Shown here: positions 59,101 through 64,000 of the stretch, piece after piece | How the letters are laid out: each line of letters opens with the position of its first letter | Position numbering within the stretch: the stretch's first letter is position 1 | Assembly (NCBI GenBank): GCA_963665125.2 | Contig: CAXXUK010000001.1 | Coordinates: 3,424,001-3,488,000 of the forward strand | Origin: an uncultured Desulfarculus sp. | GTDB lineage: Bacteria > Desulfobacterota > Desulfarculia > Desulfarculales > Desulfarculaceae | DNA: 64,000 nucleotides | Direction: 5' to 3' | Translations under genes and position numbers: made by a program | Notes under the pieces: model-generated | The model's database searches: none | What the model saw: only the letters and a program-made list of their open reading frames with translations | What the model was told of the DNA's origin: nothing

Positions 59101-59580
59101 ATGCTGGACAGGGTCACAGCCCAAGTCAGCAACTTGTTCAAGATCGCCGCAGGCGTGGCCCTGATCATCATGATGCTGCTGACCTGCCTGGACGCATTTC
59201 TGCGGGATATCAACAAGCCCATCACCGGCGTGGTGGAGATCGTTACCTATCTCGGAGCATTGGTCCTGGCCTTCAGCCTGCCCATGACCCAGGTTCGCCG
59301 GGGCCAGGTGGGTGTGGAACTATTGACCCGCAAACTTCCGCCCAAGGTTGCGGCCGTTATTGAGGTCATCACCGACGCCGCCTCGCTGGTGCTGTGCGCA
59401 GTTATCGCCTGGCAGGGTTGGATCTATGCCGAACGTCTGTCTCTGGTCCATGAAAAATCCATGAACCTGGGCATTCCAACCGATCTGGTTGTCCGGGCCA
59501 TTTGCTTTTCATTCGCCGCGCTTTGCCTGGTTCTGCTGAACCAGATGGTTTCGGCCATTGCCAGGGCGGTGAAAAAATGA
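59101..59580 (+). CDS. dctQ: TRAP small permease
   Basis: 4 TMs, PITGVVEI, VGVELL; between dctP and dctM. Confidence 0.9.
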   Translation: MLDRVTAQVSNLFKIAAGVALIIMMLLTCLDAFLRDINKPITGVVEIVTYLGALVLAFSLPMTQVRRGQVGVELLTRKLPPKVAAVIEVITDAASLVLCAVIAWQGWIYAERLSLVHEKSMNLGIPTDLVVRAICFSFAALCLVLLNQMVSAIARAVKK

Positions 59581-60896
59581 GTCCACAAATAGTAGGAGTT
59601 GTCGGCATCTTTCTGATGCTGGGCGTCTTTCTCACCGGCATGCCCGTGGCCTATGCCATGGCCCTGGTGGGTTGGATCGGCTTCAGCTGGATGGCCTCGC
59701 CCGATGCCGGTTTGCAGGTGTTGGCCATGGACATGGCCAACACCTTCCAGAACTACGGCCTGGTGGTCATTCCCCTGTTCACCCTGATGGGCCAGTTCGC
59801 CCTTCAGGGAGGGGTCAGCAGACGTCTGTACAAGGTGGCCCACCGCTTCACCGGCGCCGTGCCCGGCGGCCTGGCCATGGCCACGATCATGGCCTGCACC
59901 GGTTTCGGCGCGGTGTGCGGCTCCAGCAGCGCCACGGCGGCGACCATGGCCACTGTTGGCCTGCCCGAGATGAAACGCTACGATTATTCGCCCGCCCTGG
60001 CCGCGGGAGCGGTTGCCAGCGGCGGCGGTTTGGGCATGCTCATGCCGCCAAGCGTGGTGCTGATCGTCTACGGCGTGCTCACCGAGGAATCCATCGGACG
60101 CCTGTTCGTGGCCGGGGTCATGCCCGCCCTGCTGATAACCGCGCTGTTCATCGGCGCGATCTGGCTGGTCTGCAAGCTGCGGCCCAGGGCCTGTCCCGCC
60201 GGCGAAAGCTTCACCTGGAGCGAAAAGTTCGCGGCCCTGCGGGATGTCGGTGAAGTGATCATCGTCTTCGTCATCGTCCTGGGCGGCCTGGTTCGGGGCT
60301 GGTTCACGGCCACCGAGGCCGGCGGCGTGGGCGCGGTGCTGATGTTCATCGTGGCTTTGGCCAGGGGCCAGATCACCTGGGAGCGCTTCAACAAGGCCAT
60401 CACCGACACCCTGTGGACCAGTTGCATGACCATGATGCTGGTGGCCGGCGCCGTGGTCTTCGGCCACTTCCTGGCCATCACCCGCATCCCGTTCATGCTG
60501 GCCGACGCCGTGGCGTCTCTGCAATGGCCGGCCTGGGCCGTTGTCATCGTCATCGGCATGGTCTACCTAGTCGGCGGCTGCATCATCGACGCCCTGGCCC
60601 TGGTCATGCTCACGGTGCCGATCTTCCTGCCCATCATCGACGACCTGGGCTTCGGCAAAATCTGGTTCGGCATCGTCATCGTGCTGCTGACCCAGATGGG
60701 GGTGATCACCCCGCCGGTGGGCCTAAACGTCTATGTGGTCAGCGGCATAGACCGCAGCATCAAGCTCGAGACCATCTTCAAGGGGGCTTTGCCCTTCCTG
60801 GTGGCCCTGGTGGTGGGCCTGTTGATCATGATCGCCTTCCCGGGCATCGCCACCTGGCTGCCCGACGTGATCTACTCCAGCCTGGGCAAGGGCTAA
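59577..60896 (+). CDS. dctM: TRAP large permease
   Basis: IPLF.LMG, GSS.AT, MPPS, SIGRLF.AG, ITPPVGLN. Confidence 0.95.
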   Translation: MSPQIVGVVGIFLMLGVFLTGMPVAYAMALVGWIGFSWMASPDAGLQVLAMDMANTFQNYGLVVIPLFTLMGQFALQGGVSRRLYKVAHRFTGAVPGGLAMATIMACTGFGAVCGSSSATAATMATVGLPEMKRYDYSPALAAGAVASGGGLGMLMPPSVVLIVYGVLTEESIGRLFVAGVMPALLITALFIGAIWLVCKLRPRACPAGESFTWSEKFAALRDVGEVIIVFVIVLGGLVRGWFTATEAGGVGAVLMFIVALARGQITWERFNKAITDTLWTSCMTMMLVAGAVVFGHFLAITRIPFMLADAVASLQWPAWAVVIVIGMVYLVGGCIIDALALVMLTVPIFLPIIDDLGFGKIWFGIVIVLLTQMGVITPPVGLNVYVVSGIDRSIKLETIFKGALPFLVALVVGLLIMIAFPGIATWLPDVIYSSLGKG

Positions 60897-60921
60897 CGAG
60901 ACATAATCTCATCGAATCGAG

Positions 60922-60951
60922 GCGCGCCCCATGATCGGGGCGCGCTTTTTT
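60922..60951 (+). terminator. Intrinsic terminator of the TRAP operon
   Basis: GCGCGCCCC-ATGATC-GGGGCGCGC-TTTTTT. Confidence 0.85.
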
Positions 60952-60979
60952 ATTGACTTGGGTCTCGCCGCCGGGATAT

Positions 60980-61001
60980 AGAGAGTAATCGCTCACTCTC
61001 T
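60980..61001. promoter_or_regulatory. Putative TetR operator 1
   Basis: AGAGAGTAATCGCTCACTCTCT downstream of TTGACT (60953). Confidence 0.7.
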
Positions 61002-61023
61002 TGATCCGGCGGGAAAAATCACC

Positions 61024-61677
61024 ATGACCAAGACCTTTGAAAAACTGCCCTACGAGCGCCGCCAGGCCATTTTGGACGCGGCTGCTGCTGTTTTCGCCCA
61101 AAAGGGTTATTTCCAGGCCGGGATCGCCGAAATCTGCCAGGCCGCAGGCATCAGCAACGGCGCGCTGTACAAATACTTTGGCAGCAAGAGCGGCCTGTTC
61201 TCAACCCTGCTGGGCCAAACCTTGGAGCTTCTGCGCCAGCGCAGCCAGGAAATGAGCCAAGGGCAAATACCCTTTTGGCAACGCATGGAACGAATCATGG
61301 CCCAGGTCGAGCCTTTTATCGCCGAATACCGCGATTATTTCATGATCTACATGGACCTGGGCTCGCCGCACATGGCCGAATTCGCCGCCGAGATCTCGGA
61401 CCGTTTCGAAGGCCAGTCGGTGCAGTTTTTCCGGGACCTGGTGGAACAGGCCAAGTCCGAAGGCCAACTCAGGCCCGGCCTGCAGACCGGCCCCGCCGTG
61501 TACACCCTGGACAACCATCTGATGTTTTTGGCCTATTCCGCCGTATCCGAACACTACGACCGGCGTTTCAGCCAATATCTGGCCGGGGGGCGGCAAGGCC
61601 TTAGCATGGCCGAAAAGGCCGGCCTGGTGGTGGAATCGTTGAAGAAGCTGCTGGGCCCGGAGCCCGGACAAGCATAG
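61024..61677 (+). CDS. TetR/AcrR family regulator
   Basis: FAQKGY......IC.AAGIS.GALYKYF.SK. Confidence 0.92.
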   Translation: MTKTFEKLPYERRQAILDAAAAVFAQKGYFQAGIAEICQAAGISNGALYKYFGSKSGLFSTLLGQTLELLRQRSQEMSQGQIPFWQRMERIMAQVEPFIAEYRDYFMIYMDLGSPHMAEFAAEISDRFEGQSVQFFRDLVEQAKSEGQLRPGLQTGPAVYTLDNHLMFLAYSAVSEHYDRRFSQYLAGGRQGLSMAEKAGLVVESLKKLLGPEPGQA

Positions 61678-61730
61678 AGGCATTGCGCGGCGGGCCGCCA
61701 TTGGGCGCTCCGGTGCGGTGTCGCCAAAAT

Positions 61731-61752
61731 CAAGAGTGACCGCTCGCTCTTG
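61731..61752. promoter_or_regulatory. Putative TetR operator 2
   Basis: CAAGAGTGACCGCTCGCTCTTG, similar to operator 1. Confidence 0.7.
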
Positions 61753-61772
61753 ATTTCAATCGGAGAAGGAAC

Positions 61773-62600
61773 ATGGTCCGGACGGATCAAAACAAACCAG
61801 TGGCCGTTATCACCGGAGGCGCCGGGGGCATCGGCCTGGCCACGGCCCGGCTCCTGGCGGAAAAAGGCTTCCGCCTGGTGCTGGTGGATATCCACCAGGC
61901 GGGTCTGGAGCGGGCCGCCGCCGAGCTGGGGCCGGAGCATCTGACCAGCGGGGCCGATATCACCAACGAGGCCCAGGTTTCGGTGTTGACCGATTGGGTC
62001 ATGTCAAAAACAGGCCGGGTTGACCTGCTGGTCAACAATGCCGGAACCGTCTTGACCACCCCCTGGGCCGATACGCCTCTGGACAACCTCAAGGCGGAAC
62101 TGAAGCTCAACTACTGGGCGGCGGCCATGTGCACCCACTACTTTGCCCGGCCCATGATCCAGGTGGGCCGGGGCTCAATCGTATCGGTGGCTTCTCTGGC
62201 AGCCCTGTTGCCCTTGCCCGAAAGCAGCGGTTACACCGCCTCCAAGGCCGCCCTGCGGGGCCTGATGTTGTCGCTGCATCTTGCCCTGAAGCCCCTTGGC
62301 GTGCATGTCGGCGTGGTCTGCCCCACGGCGGTGGACACTCCCATGCTTCTCCGCGAGGCCAAAGAAGGCGGCTCGGTGCTCAACTTCCTGCAAAAACCAT
62401 TAACATCCGAAGCAGTGGCCAGGGCCATCTGGCGCAACACCTCCAAACGCCGCATGGAAAACTGTGTGCCGAGGGACGAAGGCGTCTGGTCCAAGTTGGG
62501 CGGGATGTGTCCCTGGCTGCTGCCAAGGATTCTGCCGCGCCTGGAGCGCATGGCCACCAGGGGGCGGGATAAATATTTAGCCCAAAAGACAAATACATAA
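61773..62600 (+). CDS. Short-chain dehydrogenase/reductase
   Basis: TGGAGGIG, NNAG, YTASK. Confidence 0.93.
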   Translation: MVRTDQNKPVAVITGGAGGIGLATARLLAEKGFRLVLVDIHQAGLERAAAELGPEHLTSGADITNEAQVSVLTDWVMSKTGRVDLLVNNAGTVLTTPWADTPLDNLKAELKLNYWAAAMCTHYFARPMIQVGRGSIVSVASLAALLPLPESSGYTASKAALRGLMLSLHLALKPLGVHVGVVCPTAVDTPMLLREAKEGGSVLNFLQKPLTSEAVARAIWRNTSKRRMENCVPRDEGVWSKLGGMCPWLLPRILPRLERMATRGRDKYLAQKTNT

Positions 62601-62624
62601 AACAAGGGATGGGGAGGGTCGGCA

Positions 62625-64000
62625 ATGTCAAATGTCACAAAAATCGACGACTGCCTTAGCACCAGCCGGGGGCGGTTGTTCATCGAGCAGTGCGACACGG
62701 TGGAGCTGATCGAAAAGTTCGGCTCGCCGCTGTTCGCCTATTCCGAGGACCAGCTCAGGCGCAACATCCGCCGCTTTCAACAGGCCTTCGGCCAGGGGTG
62801 GCCGGGCGGCAACGTCAAAGTCATGCCCGCCGCCAAGGCCAACTGGATCGAGGCCGTGCAGCGGGTCATCGTGGACGAAGGCTGCGGGGCCGACATCTAT
62901 TCGCCGGGCGAACTGGACGTCTGCCTGCGAGCCGGGTTTGACCCGCAATACATCTCCGTAAACGGCGTGCCCAAGCGCCGGGACCACATCCTGCGCTGCG
63001 TCAAGGAGGGCGTGCGCGTCACCATAGACAGCATTGAAGAAGTCGACATGATCCAGGCCGCCGTGGCCGAGCTTAACATGACGGCCCATGTGCGCCTGCG
63101 GCTCAAACCGGCCCTGAGCGGATTTATCAAGCACTCGGATTTCTCGGCCGAGGGGCTCATCCCCACCGACCTGGCGGCCATAGCCTACAAGGGCGGCCTT
63201 AGCTTCGAGATGATCAGGGAGGTCGCTCCCCGGATAATGGCCATGGACAACGTGGAGCTGATGGGCTTTCATGAGCACCACGGCAGACACCACCGCTCCA
63301 CCCAATATTGGCAAGAACAGATGCGGGCCTATGCCGCCGAGATCGCCAAGGTCTGCGACCTTTTGGGCGGCTACCGGCCCAAGGAGATCGACATCGGCGG
63401 CGGATTCGCCGTCTACCGCGACCCCTTCGCCGCAGCCGTGCACTATGATACGCCTCTGCAATTTCTGGCCCTGCACGGCATATCCAAGCTGTTCAAGCTC
63501 TTTGGCGACGACATGCGCTACCGCATCCTGGACAAGCTCCTGGGTGCCACGGTGATGAAGCCCAACCAGAAAAAGGCCCCCACCATCGAACAATACGGCC
63601 AGGCCTGCACCGGCACCCTCACCGCCGAGCTGCGGCGCCACGGCATCGACCCCGAGGGCGTCATGCTTCAACTGGAGCCGGGCCGCTGCCTGCATGGCGA
63701 CTGCGGCGTGCACCTGACCACGGTCCAGGCCATCAAGCGCATCACCAGCCCCATCCGCTACAACCAGGTCGTCACCGACAGCACGGAGTTCTGGTTTACC
63801 GGCGGCATCTACGAACACCATTTGTGGGACTATGTCTTCGCCAACAAGACCGACGCGCCCAAGATCGAAAAGGCCGACATCAACGGCCGAAGCTGCTACG
63901 GCGACCGGATCATTCCCCTGGTGATGATCCCCAGGGCCGAGGTGGGCGACATCCTGGCCATGCTCGACACCGGCTCGTACCAGGAAGTGTCCATGAGCAA
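62625..64000 (+). CDS. Group IV PLP-dependent decarboxylase (LysA/ODC fold), 3' truncated; absent from the ORF track
   Basis: Manual translation: FGSPLFAY, AAKAN (PLP Lys), SPGEL, DIGGG, LEPGR, GRSCYGD, DTGSY. Confidence 0.88.
   Translation, partial: MSNVTKIDDCLSTSRGRLFIEQCDTVELIEKFGSPLFAYSEDQLRRNIRRFQQAFGQGWPGGNVKVMPAAKANWIEAVQRVIVDEGCGADIYSPGELDVCLRAGFDPQYISVNGVPKRRDHILRCVKEGVRVTIDSIEEVDMIQAAVAELNMTAHVRLRLKPALSGFIKHSDFSAEGLIPTDLAAIAYKGGLSFEMIREVAPRIMAMDNVELMGFHEHHGRHHRSTQYWQEQMRAYAAEIAKVCDLLGGYRPKEIDIGGGFAVYRDPFAAAVHYDTPLQFLALHGISKLFKLFGDDMRYRILDKLLGATVMKPNQKKAPTIEQYGQACTGTLTAELRRHGIDPEGVMLQLEPGRCLHGDCGVHLTTVQAIKRITSPIRYNQVVTDSTEFWFTGGIYEHHLWDYVFANKTDAPKIEKADINGRSCYGDRIIPLVMIPRAEVGDILAMLDTGSYQEVSMS

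Noticed and set aside
62628..63821. 397-aa minus-strand ORF
   Set aside because: Shadow of the plus-strand decarboxylase, which the track missed because it lacks a stop in the window.

Overview
GC-rich (about 60% by eye) bacterial chromosomal window. Gene content (four-subunit 2-oxoacid:ferredoxin oxidoreductase, FeoAB, many PAS hybrid kinases, TRAP transporter) suggests an anaerobic Desulfobacterota/deltaproteobacterium; this is inference. It holds an IS3-family element truncated by the window edge, a complete IS481 with a 6-bp target duplication, a repeat-rich autotransporter, several TetR/MarR-controlled mini-operons with visible operators, signalling genes, porCDAB, feoAB, dctPQM and a PLP decarboxylase running off the right edge. 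I found no rRNA, tRNA or CRISPR array. Two hidden features stand out. (1) At 31092-31838, what the ORF track splits into fragments is one MerB-like (organomercurial-lyase fold) gene. Both catalytic cysteine positions are in-frame TGA codons, each followed by a SECIS-like hairpin, so it is a candidate double-selenocysteine lyase under MarR control, outside any mer or SAO locus. (2) At 57872-57946, a 24-aa leader peptide with six Tyr codons (YYYDYYY) is followed by a 53-nt G-free tract and precedes the TRAP operon, making a candidate tyrosine-sensing attenuator. All calls come from reading the sequence; no database searches or folding programs were run.
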